From a virus, in IMG/VR virus record IMGVR_UViG_3300009702_000017, positions 36,315-100,314 of that record: a stretch of DNA of 64,000 nt; one strand, 5' to 3'. Position 1 is the stretch's first letter. Each line of letters opens with the position of its first letter. Shown piece by piece: positions 45,158 through 54,730 of this stretch. The notes beneath the pieces are model-generated. The model was not told where the DNA came from. It made no database searches and saw nothing but the letters and a program-made list of their open reading frames with translations. The translations under genes and the position numbers were made by a program.

Positions 45158-48100
45158 ATGCAAGCTTTCTCTACACCCCATTGCCACATCCAGTCGCTTG
45201 ACTCCGCTTCTACACCTAAGGCGTTTGTGAAGCGAGAGAAGGAACTAGGGACTGGTAGCATTACTTGCACAGACCACGGTACATTGCAGGCATGCTGGTC
45301 TGTGTACGACTTGGCCAAGAAGAATGACCTTACCCCCATCCTTGGGCTTGAGGGATACTTCCGTGACGACAACTGCCCCATCCTTCTGGGGGCCGGCTAC
45401 CAACGGGACGCAAAGGGGACATTCCAGTCGTACTGGAAGTACGGTCACATTACCATTCACACCAAGGATTACGCATCGTACAAGGCACTAGGAATGATCT
45501 TGTCCGATGCTCCCATGGAACGACATGGCAGTGAATTGAAGCCCATCTTTGGTTGGAAGGAACTGGAAGAGATTGGTAGCTACAACGTTACCTTTGGAAG
45601 CGGATGCCTCATTGGCATGGTACAGCGGCATCTTCTTGACCACGGTGACATCAAGGTAGCACAGGCATACTACGAGCGTCTTAGAAGCATCGTCGGCCCC
45701 GACAATTTCTATGTCGAGGTCTTCCCACATGTATGTGACAAGAAATGGGACAACGGCGTCTACGTCACGTTGGAGAATGGAGAGAAGCTTCGGTACTACG
45801 ATGGAAAGAGGTTCAACGTCAGCGAGGTAGGTGAAATTTCTGCGATCGATCTAGCACGGCTATTTGACACCAAGAAATGGAACGAGCAAAGTGCGCTATT
45901 GTCCATCAACAACAATCGCAAGTGGACTCCACTGGAGAATCCAAGTCGCATCCTGCAAGTAGAGAAGGTGGAGGGGTTCATTCGCAATGAGTGTCGTCCT
46001 TGGGCGCCTGACGGGGATGTGCAGCGTGGCACCAACATAGCGATGATATCGTTGGCCAAGCGATTTGGAGATAGGATTCTCATTTCCGACGACAGTCATT
46101 ATGCTCATCCAGAAGACTACATCGTCCAGAACATCAAGCTCTTAGCTGGCCACGGCTCGTGGAGATTCACTCCTGGGTACCATCGGCAGAGTAGTGAGGA
46201 AGCGTATGAATACTTCAAGTCACGATTCAACCTTCCCGTTTCTCGTCTGGAGGAATGGGTGGAGAACTCCAAGCAATGGGTAGAGCAGTTCAAGGACTTC
46301 TCTTTCGATGCAAAGCCCAGTCTTCCAACGAAGTTCTACCCTGACAACACGCTTCGTCACACTATGGAGCTAATCAAAAAGCACGGCCGTATGCAGTGGA
46401 ACAACACCGTTTACATGGACCGTCTACGCACGGAGATAGACATTCTTCACAAGAATGGCGAGATCGATCTACTTCCATATTTTTTCCTCGGTGAAGAGGT
46501 GTGCGACACCTACGCCAAGAACGGACTGCTCACTGGTCCTGGGCGTGGCTCTGCGGCTGGCTTGTTGCTTTCGTACCTTTTTGGAATCACCCATATCGAT
46601 CCGATTGAGCATGGACTGTCCCTTGAGCGCTTCATCACCCTGGACCGTATCAAGTCGGGCAAGCTTCCCGACATCGATCAGGACTTGCCGGATCGGGACC
46701 TCTTAGTCAATGAAGAGAACGGTTGGCTCAAGAAGCGGTTCGGTGAGTGCTTCGCTCAAATCAGTGTAGATAGTAAGATGCGCCTACGTTCGTCTGTACG
46801 CGACGTTTGTCGAGTAATGCACGGCCATGTAAGCGAAGCGATCGAAAACCTCACCAAGCAGTTCGAGAATGCTCCACAGGGAGTGTCTGACGCCGAGTTC
46901 GTCTTCGGTTACGAGGGACCTGAAGGATGGGTGGACGGATCGATTGAGACAGATGAGGCATTAAAAACTTTCGTCAACCTCTACCCTAAGGAATGGGATG
47001 CCGTTAAGAAGTGCCTTGGGGTGCCACGACACAAGGGGCGGCACGCTTGCGGTTACATCATCGCTAATGAACCCGTCAAAACATTCATTCCATTGACGAA
47101 GATTTCCGGTGTCACGGTAACGCAGTATACGACAGAATCGGTAGAGGCTGTTGGTGGCGTGAAGATGGACTTCTTGTCAGTCAATTCACTGAAGGACATC
47201 TCCGACTGCATCAAGCTGGCACAGGAAGGGGTTGGGGTGCCTTCTAATTTGATTATCAAAGGGAAGAAAGTTCCAAGCATCCGACTTGTACCTCTCAAGG
47301 ACAACATGCGTTTCCCCGAATCCAAGGACAGGTTTGCCGATATCTGGGATCTACCCGAGGATCAAGATGTTTTCAATGACATCTGTGAGGGACGTACCGA
47401 GACGGTATTCCAATTCAATACACCTTCTGCCATCCAGTGGCTAGAGCACTTCAATCGCGTCAAGGGTTACGACGAGTACGACGAGATACATAAGACAATC
47501 GACAGCGTAGACGCAATGGCCGACTTCACCGCCCTAGATCGCCCAGGACCACTTGACGCCTACATAGAAACAGAGAGAGGTAAACACAACATGCTGGTTG
47601 AGTATGCCAAGCGAGCAGCGGGTGAGAAGCATCATGGAACACTTCCCTTGTTCGATGAACTGCTCCCAGAGACCTATGGCATCCTGACCTATCAAGAACA
47701 GCTACAAAACCTCTACCAGCACCTCACAGGTTGTACCGGGGCTGAAGCAGAGGAATTTCGTCGTAACGTAGCGAAGAAGAAGAAGAGCAAGATCGAGGCT
47801 GCTTATCCGTTCTTCATGGAGCATGCTACGGAAAAGATTGGGGATGAAGCGCAAGGTGTATGGGACTTCCTTCAGACATGGGCCTCCTACGGGTTCAATC
47901 GATCTCACGCTGTATGTTATGCCTCAATTGGATATGCCTGTGCATACCTGAAGCATTACTACCCACTTGAATGGTGGACGGCAGTTCTACGTAACGCAGA
48001 CAAGAACGAGATCAACGAGAAATTCTGGGCATATTGTGGAGACAAGATCAACATGCCAGATGTCCAGAAGTCCGAAGCGAACTTCGTTATCAAGGATGGC

Positions 48101-48940
48101 AGGATCCAGGCCCCACTGAGTCTCTTGCATGGAATCGGAGAAGCAGCACACAAGGAGATCGTTGAGGGCTCGCCTTATACTTCGATTCTAGATTTCTGTC
48201 AGCGTATCCAGGAGACCGAGGACAAGACTTCTACCTACGTGATCAAGGACGGTAAGCGAAAGAAGAAGGCCGGAAGGAGCGCTCTAAACAGGCGCGTGGT
48301 TTCAAGTCTTATCGCCTCTGGTGCGATGGACTCATTATTCCCAAGCGAAATAGATGGCCGAGAAATACACCTGATCGATAAGCTAGAGATGTACGAGAGA
48401 GCGCTCTCCGAGGTAACGGGGAAGAAGCCACAGGCAATTGACCAGAAGTATGTTGGTCTAAATCCTGTTGTGCTATATCAAATTAGAAAGTCCATCGTAC
48501 CTGCCTACTCTGAGCCGCTAGTAGAAAAGCTTCACGAAATGGAGTGGCCAGGAGTCACAACAATTTCTGGGGCACTGGAGTATATGGATGCGAATAACGG
48601 TCGCTGGTTGTTCGTAGATGGAAGGCTCATCGAGAAGACACAGCGGTTAGATCCATGGCCCCCTGACTTTGAAGCGCAGCTTGCCGTGGCAGCATACGTG
48701 ATTGATGAGAGACGGTTTTTCTATGGAGATCGCAGACAGAAAGCCGCGTGTGAGCTTACCCTAGACGTAAATGGGGATCGGTATTCTTGGGTGCTCTGGC
48801 CCGATAAGCACGGTAAGCTGCCAAAACAGATTCAGGAAACAAAGCTAAAAGGCGCTGTAATCATAGCGATGGTATCCAAGTATCGTCAAGACAAGCCCTT
48901 TGTAATCAGAAGCGTTGACCTAGTTCAAACACCTCTTTAG
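45158..48940 (+). CDS. dnaE: DNA polymerase III alpha-like (family C)
   Basis: PHP domain (HCH, TDHG, GLEGY, DDSHY), GPGRGSAAG, PDIDQD, KMDFL, YQEQ, YGFNRSHA. Confidence 0.95.
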   Translation: MQAFSTPHCHIQSLDSASTPKAFVKREKELGTGSITCTDHGTLQACWSVYDLAKKNDLTPILGLEGYFRDDNCPILLGAGYQRDAKGTFQSYWKYGHITIHTKDYASYKALGMILSDAPMERHGSELKPIFGWKELEEIGSYNVTFGSGCLIGMVQRHLLDHGDIKVAQAYYERLRSIVGPDNFYVEVFPHVCDKKWDNGVYVTLENGEKLRYYDGKRFNVSEVGEISAIDLARLFDTKKWNEQSALLSINNNRKWTPLENPSRILQVEKVEGFIRNECRPWAPDGDVQRGTNIAMISLAKRFGDRILISDDSHYAHPEDYIVQNIKLLAGHGSWRFTPGYHRQSSEEAYEYFKSRFNLPVSRLEEWVENSKQWVEQFKDFSFDAKPSLPTKFYPDNTLRHTMELIKKHGRMQWNNTVYMDRLRTEIDILHKNGEIDLLPYFFLGEEVCDTYAKNGLLTGPGRGSAAGLLLSYLFGITHIDPIEHGLSLERFITLDRIKSGKLPDIDQDLPDRDLLVNEENGWLKKRFGECFAQISVDSKMRLRSSVRDVCRVMHGHVSEAIENLTKQFENAPQGVSDAEFVFGYEGPEGWVDGSIETDEALKTFVNLYPKEWDAVKKCLGVPRHKGRHACGYIIANEPVKTFIPLTKISGVTVTQYTTESVEAVGGVKMDFLSVNSLKDISDCIKLAQEGVGVPSNLIIKGKKVPSIRLVPLKDNMRFPESKDRFADIWDLPEDQDVFNDICEGRTETVFQFNTPSAIQWLEHFNRVKGYDEYDEIHKTIDSVDAMADFTALDRPGPLDAYIETERGKHNMLVEYAKRAAGEKHHGTLPLFDELLPETYGILTYQEQLQNLYQHLTGCTGAEAEEFRRNVAKKKKSKIEAAYPFFMEHATEKIGDEAQGVWDFLQTWASYGFNRSHAVCYASIGYACAYLKHYYPLEWWTAVLRNADKNEINEKFWAYCGDKINMPDVQKSEANFVIKDGRIQAPLSLLHGIGEAAHKEIVEGSPYTSILDFCQRIQETEDKTSTYVIKDGKRKKKAGRSALNRRVVSSLIASGAMDSLFPSEIDGREIHLIDKLEMYERALSEVTGKKPQAIDQKYVGLNPVVLYQIRKSIVPAYSEPLVEKLHEMEWPGVTTISGALEYMDANNGRWLFVDGRLIEKTQRLDPWPPDFEAQLAVAAYVIDERRFFYGDRRQKAACELTLDVNGDRYSWVLWPDKHGKLPKQIQETKLKGAVIIAMVSKYRQDKPFVIRSVDLVQTPL

Positions 48941-48949
48941 GAGACAAAT

Positions 48950-49690
48950 ATGGCAAAGAAACCATTGGAAGCAATCATGAAGCGCATCAAGGATGCGAAC
49001 GCAAACGCTAACATTGTACTGGAAGACATCCCGATCAAGGCACGTCCAGCATTCGAGATGCGCAAGCGCCAAGGAGAGGTTAAGGAGAAGGAAGCCACGA
49101 AGGAGTATGACGAGTACGCTAAGGGACACATAGGCGCTATCTTCTTGGATGGACGGCCAGAGAGTGTCGAAGATTTCTTGAGGCTAGCAAAGCAAGAAGG
49201 CAATACAGCAAATATTGATGTTCGTTCCTTTTATGAGACCATTTCGAATGGCATTTGGGAGTCTATTGACCGCAAGGATCACCTCTTCACACCAAATCAG
49301 CAGAGCATGCTCTTGAGCAATCTGCGGTCCATCATGTTCGAGTTACAGATTGATGCAATGCCCGGCGTACCTTTCGAGGGAAACATTGTTGTGCAGTCGC
49401 CAGAACACGCTGTATCTCATGTAAGAGAGATGGTACGGAAGGCTATGGGAGATGACTTTGCACGAATCGCCATCCAAAAGGATGTCACGAAGCAATGTGT
49501 CGCTTCCGCTTATACTGGCGCAGTAGTACCGGTGGTCTTCTACAACTTTCTAGAAGATGAAGTCCCTGCTCTTTCAGAAGGGCTTCTGGGCGCGGTTACC
49601 TATCACGCGGAAGGTACCGTTGATGAGAACGAAGTCATTCGAGTTTTCCGCGCACTCAATAACTCAATCCGCGATAACCTAAGCAAGTAG
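48950..49690 (+). CDS. hypothetical protein
   Basis: GGAG RBS; 246 aa. Confidence 0.7.
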   Translation: MAKKPLEAIMKRIKDANANANIVLEDIPIKARPAFEMRKRQGEVKEKEATKEYDEYAKGHIGAIFLDGRPESVEDFLRLAKQEGNTANIDVRSFYETISNGIWESIDRKDHLFTPNQQSMLLSNLRSIMFELQIDAMPGVPFEGNIVVQSPEHAVSHVREMVRKAMGDDFARIAIQKDVTKQCVASAYTGAVVPVVFYNFLEDEVPALSEGLLGAVTYHAEGTVDENEVIRVFRALNNSIRDNLSK

Positions 49691-49700
49691 AAAGGACGAT

Positions 49701-50870
49701 ATGTCAGGATTTGGAACACCAAACTATAACGACTCGGAGTATGAGAAGAACTTCAAGCCGCAGAGCGACAAGAATGGCGGTATCACTCATTCCGTCTTTC
49801 GCATTCTACCTCCAATGAAGAAGCAGGCCGCCAAGGGAATCTGGCACCTCTACATTCCACAGCACTTCGGGTACAGTGGAGTGAATTCATTTGATCCCAG
49901 CAAGACGATCGCTCGACCATTCCGGTGCCTTCGTGAGAAGAACTTCAAGACCGGTATGATTATTCGAGATTGCCCGGAGTGTATCGAGATTGATCGTCAC
50001 AAGGAAGAACTAGAGGTCAAGTCCGAAGAGTATGATGCCAAGATCGAGACTGGAGAGATGACTGAGGCAGACAAGGAGCTTCTGCTATCGCCTCTTCGCG
50101 AGTGGCTGAAGTCTCACAACTGGGACGGGAAGCACCGTCTTCAGGCCATGAACCGCGAGGGCGAGCTTGGCAAGCTATCGATTAGCAACCGTACCTTCAA
50201 AACCCTCAGACAGTCAATGGACGAGGTACGAAAAGAAGGCATCGATCCGTTGGCTCTAGACCAGGGTGTCTGGTTCGACATCGTTCGTACCGGACTTGGT
50301 TGGAGCGATGCCGATGTGGTGAAGGTCGAAACCGAACAGCGGCGTTTCTCTGATGGAACCGTTGGGAAGGTCACCAAGCTGGCGCCCATCCCACAGGAAA
50401 CCGCAGAGAAGGCACTGGCAATCCTTCGCGATTTGTCTGATTTTGTCATCGAGCTTGACGAAGACCATGTTCGTCAGTTGGTGGAGTCGGGTGGAGAGCC
50501 TTCTGTGGTAGATGCCATCTTCGATGACTTTATCAAGAAGGCGAATAAGGAGAAGTCACACGAAGCCTCTTCTGCACCCGCCCCGGCGGCCATTCCTCCA
50601 CCACCTCCAGCCCCTGCTACTGTGAGCACTGCAGAGACGGTGGCGGCCCCTACTTCAACAGGCCCGACGAGGGAAGAGATGCTGGCTAGGATCGAAGCTC
50701 TTCAGACACAGCTTGCGGGTACGGCTCCAAATCCGACGCCTACGCCAGAGGTCCCGGCTGCACCCCCAGCGCCTCCAGCGCAGACGACCCCTCCTGCGGA
50801 GACCGCTTCGCAGCCCGATTTTACTGCGATGCTACCCGAGGAGTTGGAGAAGTTCTTCGAGGACAACTAG
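49701..50870 (+). CDS. single-stranded DNA-binding protein (gp32-like)
   Basis: FRILPP...H...CL...CPEC, acidic/Pro-rich tail; next to the recombinase. Confidence 0.65.
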   Translation: MSGFGTPNYNDSEYEKNFKPQSDKNGGITHSVFRILPPMKKQAAKGIWHLYIPQHFGYSGVNSFDPSKTIARPFRCLREKNFKTGMIIRDCPECIEIDRHKEELEVKSEEYDAKIETGEMTEADKELLLSPLREWLKSHNWDGKHRLQAMNREGELGKLSISNRTFKTLRQSMDEVRKEGIDPLALDQGVWFDIVRTGLGWSDADVVKVETEQRRFSDGTVGKVTKLAPIPQETAEKALAILRDLSDFVIELDEDHVRQLVESGGEPSVVDAIFDDFIKKANKEKSHEASSAPAPAAIPPPPPAPATVSTAETVAAPTSTGPTREEMLARIEALQTQLAGTAPNPTPTPEVPAAPPAPPAQTTPPAETASQPDFTAMLPEELEKFFEDN

Positions 50871-50871
50871 G

Positions 50872-51432
50872 ATGGAAGGCGAGACCCTAATCGTTGTTGG
50901 AAGGGGCGACCCCTCAATGAAGGAGGCGCCCCTTCGCCTAGAAATGGGGTACGTGTACCTTGTTGAATCTAGGATTCGTGACATTGCTCACACAAACGAA
51001 TCGACTGCACCAGAACTCTTAGCTGCCTTCAATGAAGCGTGGAGGGTGCTAGATAACTACGTGACACGTCTAAAGGCAGAAGCGGTACTAGGAAAGAGAA
51101 CGCTTGATAGAGAGCGAGCAAAGCTAGTAGTCGATGAGATCCCGGCGATCATTGAAGCAAAAGATCTTCCTAACACTAGAGATATTCGGGACTCATTGGT
51201 GCTCATGGATCCAACGTACCAAGAATACGAAGAACGGGTAGCCTACATTGATGCGACGCTTATGCTCATGGAAGGTAAGAAGAAGGCGATGGAAATGGCT
51301 TATACCGCCGTGAAAAAGATTATCGGAGGAAACGCGCTGTCTACTAGACGGGTACTCAACGTAGATCCAAACGAACAACAGGAACCTGGAGTCACATCGC
51401 CAACCTCAGGATTTGGTACACCGAGATACTAG
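50872..51432 (+). CDS. putative recombination mediator (UvsY-like)
   Basis: Helical protein between SSB and RecA. Confidence 0.45.
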   Translation: MEGETLIVVGRGDPSMKEAPLRLEMGYVYLVESRIRDIAHTNESTAPELLAAFNEAWRVLDNYVTRLKAEAVLGKRTLDRERAKLVVDEIPAIIEAKDLPNTRDIRDSLVLMDPTYQEYEERVAYIDATLMLMEGKKKAMEMAYTAVKKIIGGNALSTRRVLNVDPNEQQEPGVTSPTSGFGTPRY

Positions 51433-51440
51433 GAGAACAT

Positions 51441-52589
51441 ATGGCAAAATCAGATGCACAGAAGATGATGGCAAAGCTCATGAAGTTGGATGGTGCGGTA
51501 CAGCGAGACTACGACCCGTACATGAATGTACTACGTTGCCCAAGTCCGAGCTTCAACTTCACCTTTGGGAACTCATGGGGGCTTCCCCTTGGCTATACAT
51601 TGGCTATCTGGGGACCACCCAAGGGTGGCAAGAGCGTCGTCATCAACTCCATGATTGGGCAGATGCATCGTGACTATCCAGATGCTTATGCCATCAAATT
51701 CAACACCGAGATGCGCGAACTCGTACAGCTTACTGACCGGCAAATGGATGTTTGGGGGATCGATAGAGATCGGTACATTGCCTATGAGACCAACAGGGCC
51801 TCTGGCGTATTCGATGTCATTGAAAAGAACATCGCTGAGGCCGTAGAAGGCGGAATGAACGTCAAAATGGTTGCCATCGACTCCTTGAATAGTATCATGG
51901 GTCGCCGGACCGAGAACGCCAACACGGTTGACCAGCAACAGATTGGCGACAAGGCCCAGACCTACGGGGACGGCCTTGCTCGCATCCTCCCTACGCTACG
52001 CAAGTATCGTATTGGTCTGGTACTATCTCTACAGCAACGACAGGAGATGGACCAGCACGAGATCAAGCGTGGACATATCCACAAGATGGCTGGTGCGAAT
52101 GCAGTCCAGCATTTTGCTGAGTATTTCATGTATATCGCACCGGACAAGACTAAGAAGGGCCGCCAAGATCTCCTAGAGAATGATCTTGTCAACAAGCAGG
52201 TGAGTGACCTAAAGGATAAGGCGGAACAGACTGCCCACCGCATCTATGTCAACATGCGCGACTCCTCTGTTGGGCCCAAGGGCCGTTGGGGTGGGTTCAT
52301 TTTCAGTGACAAGGAAGGCATCGTCAACACCCACGAAGAAGTATTTCTTCTTGGTACAAATCGGGGTGTGATCGAGAGACCAAATCAGCTGACGTATTCC
52401 TTCAACGGAAACAACTGGGCTGGTAAGAAGAACATGATCGAAGAACTTAGAAAGAACCCGGACCTTTGCAGTGCAATTCTGACCAAACTGCGTGAGATGG
52501 ATATTGGAGGCGGTGCAGACGACATCGGAGGCGAAGACGTTCCACAGGGAATCGTGAATCCTGGAGCGGAAGGCGAAGGGGAAGTGTAA
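51441..52589 (+). CDS. recA: RecA/UvsX-like recombinase
   Basis: WGPPKGGKS, FNTE, VAIDSL. Confidence 0.88.
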   Translation: MAKSDAQKMMAKLMKLDGAVQRDYDPYMNVLRCPSPSFNFTFGNSWGLPLGYTLAIWGPPKGGKSVVINSMIGQMHRDYPDAYAIKFNTEMRELVQLTDRQMDVWGIDRDRYIAYETNRASGVFDVIEKNIAEAVEGGMNVKMVAIDSLNSIMGRRTENANTVDQQQIGDKAQTYGDGLARILPTLRKYRIGLVLSLQQRQEMDQHEIKRGHIHKMAGANAVQHFAEYFMYIAPDKTKKGRQDLLENDLVNKQVSDLKDKAEQTAHRIYVNMRDSSVGPKGRWGGFIFSDKEGIVNTHEEVFLLGTNRGVIERPNQLTYSFNGNNWAGKKNMIEELRKNPDLCSAILTKLREMDIGGGADDIGGEDVPQGIVNPGAEGEGEV

Positions 52590-52590
52590 T

Positions 52591-53571
52591 ATGGAACACC
52601 TAGATTTAGGTGCATTGAAGGACATCGTTGAGAATAGCGGTGTCCTTCATCGCAAGAATAGTGTATCGTGGATCTTTGGTTGCCCACATTGCGGCAAGGA
52701 CAAGCTATACATCAGAAAGAGGGATGGCCGCTGGGTATGTTGGAAGTGCAAGACGACCCACAATTACCAAGGGGCACGTCCAGAGTTTCCGCTCCGAGAT
52801 CTCTTAGGTGTTTCGATTTTAGACATACAGGAGCGACTGTACGGAGCCCATGAGTTTGCGGGCACCTATCTCCACACAACCCTGGAAAATGAAGATGAAG
52901 AGGAAGAGGTGTATTATCCAGAAATCGCATGGCCTTTGGACTTCTATCCTCTAGACGACCATCGTTCCAAGGCGGGTCGAGTCTACCTTGAGGGGCGCGG
53001 TGTATCACTCGATGTTGCGATTGTAGCGGGATTGCGTTACTGCCCTCCAAAGCGAGTCGTAGCTTTCCCGATCCAGCAATGGGGTCGGTTGGTGGGGTGG
53101 CAGCAACGTCCCATTTACCCGACTGAGTGGGTAGACCCGGAGACGGCAGAGAATCGATCTGTGCCCAAGTACCTGACGTACCCAAGAGGTCTGGATCATC
53201 TTTTCATGTTCGGGGATCGTCTAGCTGGCGCAGAGGAATGTACGATTACCGAGGGCCCTATTGACGCCCTGAAGGCCCATCTTCTGCCAAACGTAGTGTG
53301 TAGCATGGGAAAGGGTGTCGGCATCGAGCAGATTGACCTCATCAAGCGCAGTGACGTCAAGAAGGTATATCTTGCCTTGGATCCAGATGCCAGCGCAGAC
53401 ACTCGCGCGAACATCGAGCGCCTTGCCCACCTAGAGCTACACCTGATTCGTCCAGAGGGTAAGAAAGACCTCGGAGACATGACCCCCGAGGCCGTGAAGG
53501 AACTCTACCTGGAGGCACCTAGAGTGTCGCCTGCGTCGATGATCGTCCATCTCGACGTGCCTGTTCTATAG
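52591..53571 (+). CDS. dnaG: DNA primase
   Basis: CPHCG...CWKC zinc finger, YLEGRG, ITEGPIDAL, LALDPD TOPRIM. Confidence 0.9.
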   Translation: MEHLDLGALKDIVENSGVLHRKNSVSWIFGCPHCGKDKLYIRKRDGRWVCWKCKTTHNYQGARPEFPLRDLLGVSILDIQERLYGAHEFAGTYLHTTLENEDEEEEVYYPEIAWPLDFYPLDDHRSKAGRVYLEGRGVSLDVAIVAGLRYCPPKRVVAFPIQQWGRLVGWQQRPIYPTEWVDPETAENRSVPKYLTYPRGLDHLFMFGDRLAGAEECTITEGPIDALKAHLLPNVVCSMGKGVGIEQIDLIKRSDVKKVYLALDPDASADTRANIERLAHLELHLIRPEGKKDLGDMTPEAVKELYLEAPRVSPASMIVHLDVPVL

Positions 53572-54670
53572 CCTCCTCAAGACCATTGTCGAGTGTAAGG
53601 ACCCTTAGTTGATTGAAGACTCCCAGGAAGGAACAGTTGTCGCACTCCTCGAAGTGGGCCCGGATCCGCTTCCTGGCGTGCATCTTGGCCGCAGGAGACG
53701 CCAAAGCCGATCCAGCCACCCGGCAGAGCTTCGACATGTAGTCGTCGTGAGGAAGGCCCTCCAGGCGCTCCACAAGCACCTTGGCGATCCTCTTCCTCTC
53801 TTTCTTGCTTCCACGCTTCCGCTTCTCCCTATCATGCGTGTCGTACATCGTAAGCAGCGAGACAGGATCCCCGTCCTTGATCGCTCCGATGTACCGGTCA
53901 TTGGTCTCCTGGGCAACATTCAGAACGGCAGCTTCAGGGGTGCACGACCAGTCCTTTTTGCGCAGCAAATCGTAGAAGTTGGTGAACCGCTGACGAAGCT
54001 CATAGGAAAGCAGGCTCCGATTCTCCTTCTCCGACAAATCCACGCGATAGAGGCGATGGAGCCAAGAAAGCGTCCAAATCATAGCGTAGGAAAGCAGGTC
54101 TTCGTGCTCGTATCCATTGCGAAGACAGAGATCGTGGTTGTGGCGAAAGAACCGCTTCACCTGAGCACCCATCACGCTGTCGTATTCATGCAACTTGGCA
54201 TCCGCTACATTGGGCGAACGACGAAAATCCGAGTGGCGCATGGCAACCAACTCGTAGTCGTTCCGGTAGTTAACCGGGTGATCGGGCCCGTCACCCCGAT
54301 AGACGGGCATCAGGGCACCGTACCCAAGCGCTTCGGTGAGCGCCATAAAGGCCCGAGTAGAGGTGCGTTCGTCGGGCGAAAGAATAGCGTTTTGGTCAAT
54401 CGTCGCGAAGGGTGGGTCACCTGCGACTTCTGGGTTGGTATCGGGAAGGATGTGGACCATCGTGCCGTTGGAGTGCTCGGCCACAATGTTCTCTCCGCTA
54501 ACCTTGCTGTAGATCCCTACGGCGGCGAACCACGAAGACAGCACACTAATAGCCCGAAGGCGTGGGGGAATACTCATCATTTCTCCAGTTGTGACCCTAA
54601 GGTCGTTATTCCTTACCTCCGGCGATGTAACTCCCTGAAGCGGGTGAACCCGCAAGGCGGTCATCGCCAT
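53519..54670 (-). CDS. hypothetical protein, possibly sigma-region-2-like
   Basis: Lone minus-strand ORF with G/C-ending codons; YEHEDLLSYAMIW segment; start uncertain. Confidence 0.65.
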   Translation of the reverse strand: MAMTALRVHPLQGVTSPEVRNNDLRVTTGEMMSIPPRLRAISVLSSWFAAVGIYSKVSGENIVAEHSNGTMVHILPDTNPEVAGDPPFATIDQNAILSPDERTSTRAFMALTEALGYGALMPVYRGDGPDHPVNYRNDYELVAMRHSDFRRSPNVADAKLHEYDSVMGAQVKRFFRHNHDLCLRNGYEHEDLLSYAMIWTLSWLHRLYRVDLSEKENRSLLSYELRQRFTNFYDLLRKKDWSCTPEAAVLNVAQETNDRYIGAIKDGDPVSLLTMYDTHDREKRKRGSKKERKRIAKVLVERLEGLPHDDYMSKLCRVAGSALASPAAKMHARKRIRAHFEECDNCSFLGVFNQLRVLTLDNGLEEAIEQARRDGRSSTQATL

Positions 54671-54730
54671 GATTCGACAAAACCACCATATCCCTCCATG
54701 GGATGCAACCCTATTTTCAACAGGATTTAA

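Noticed and set aside
45158-48940. Intein or intron in DnaE, NrdJ, TerL, RecA or DnaB
   Set aside because: No intein termini or LAGLIDADG blocks were seen and the frames are continuous; only a short insertion in the DnaE PHP domain.
47906-49414. Intragenic CGCTGTA copies (about 47906, 48861, 49406; also 29077 on the minus strand)
   Set aside because: They lie inside coding sequence with divergent 5' bases and cannot be distinguished from chance without TSS data.
53609-54730. 373-aa plus-strand ORF
   Set aside because: Antisense shadow of the minus-strand gene caused by biased codons; no RBS or motifs.
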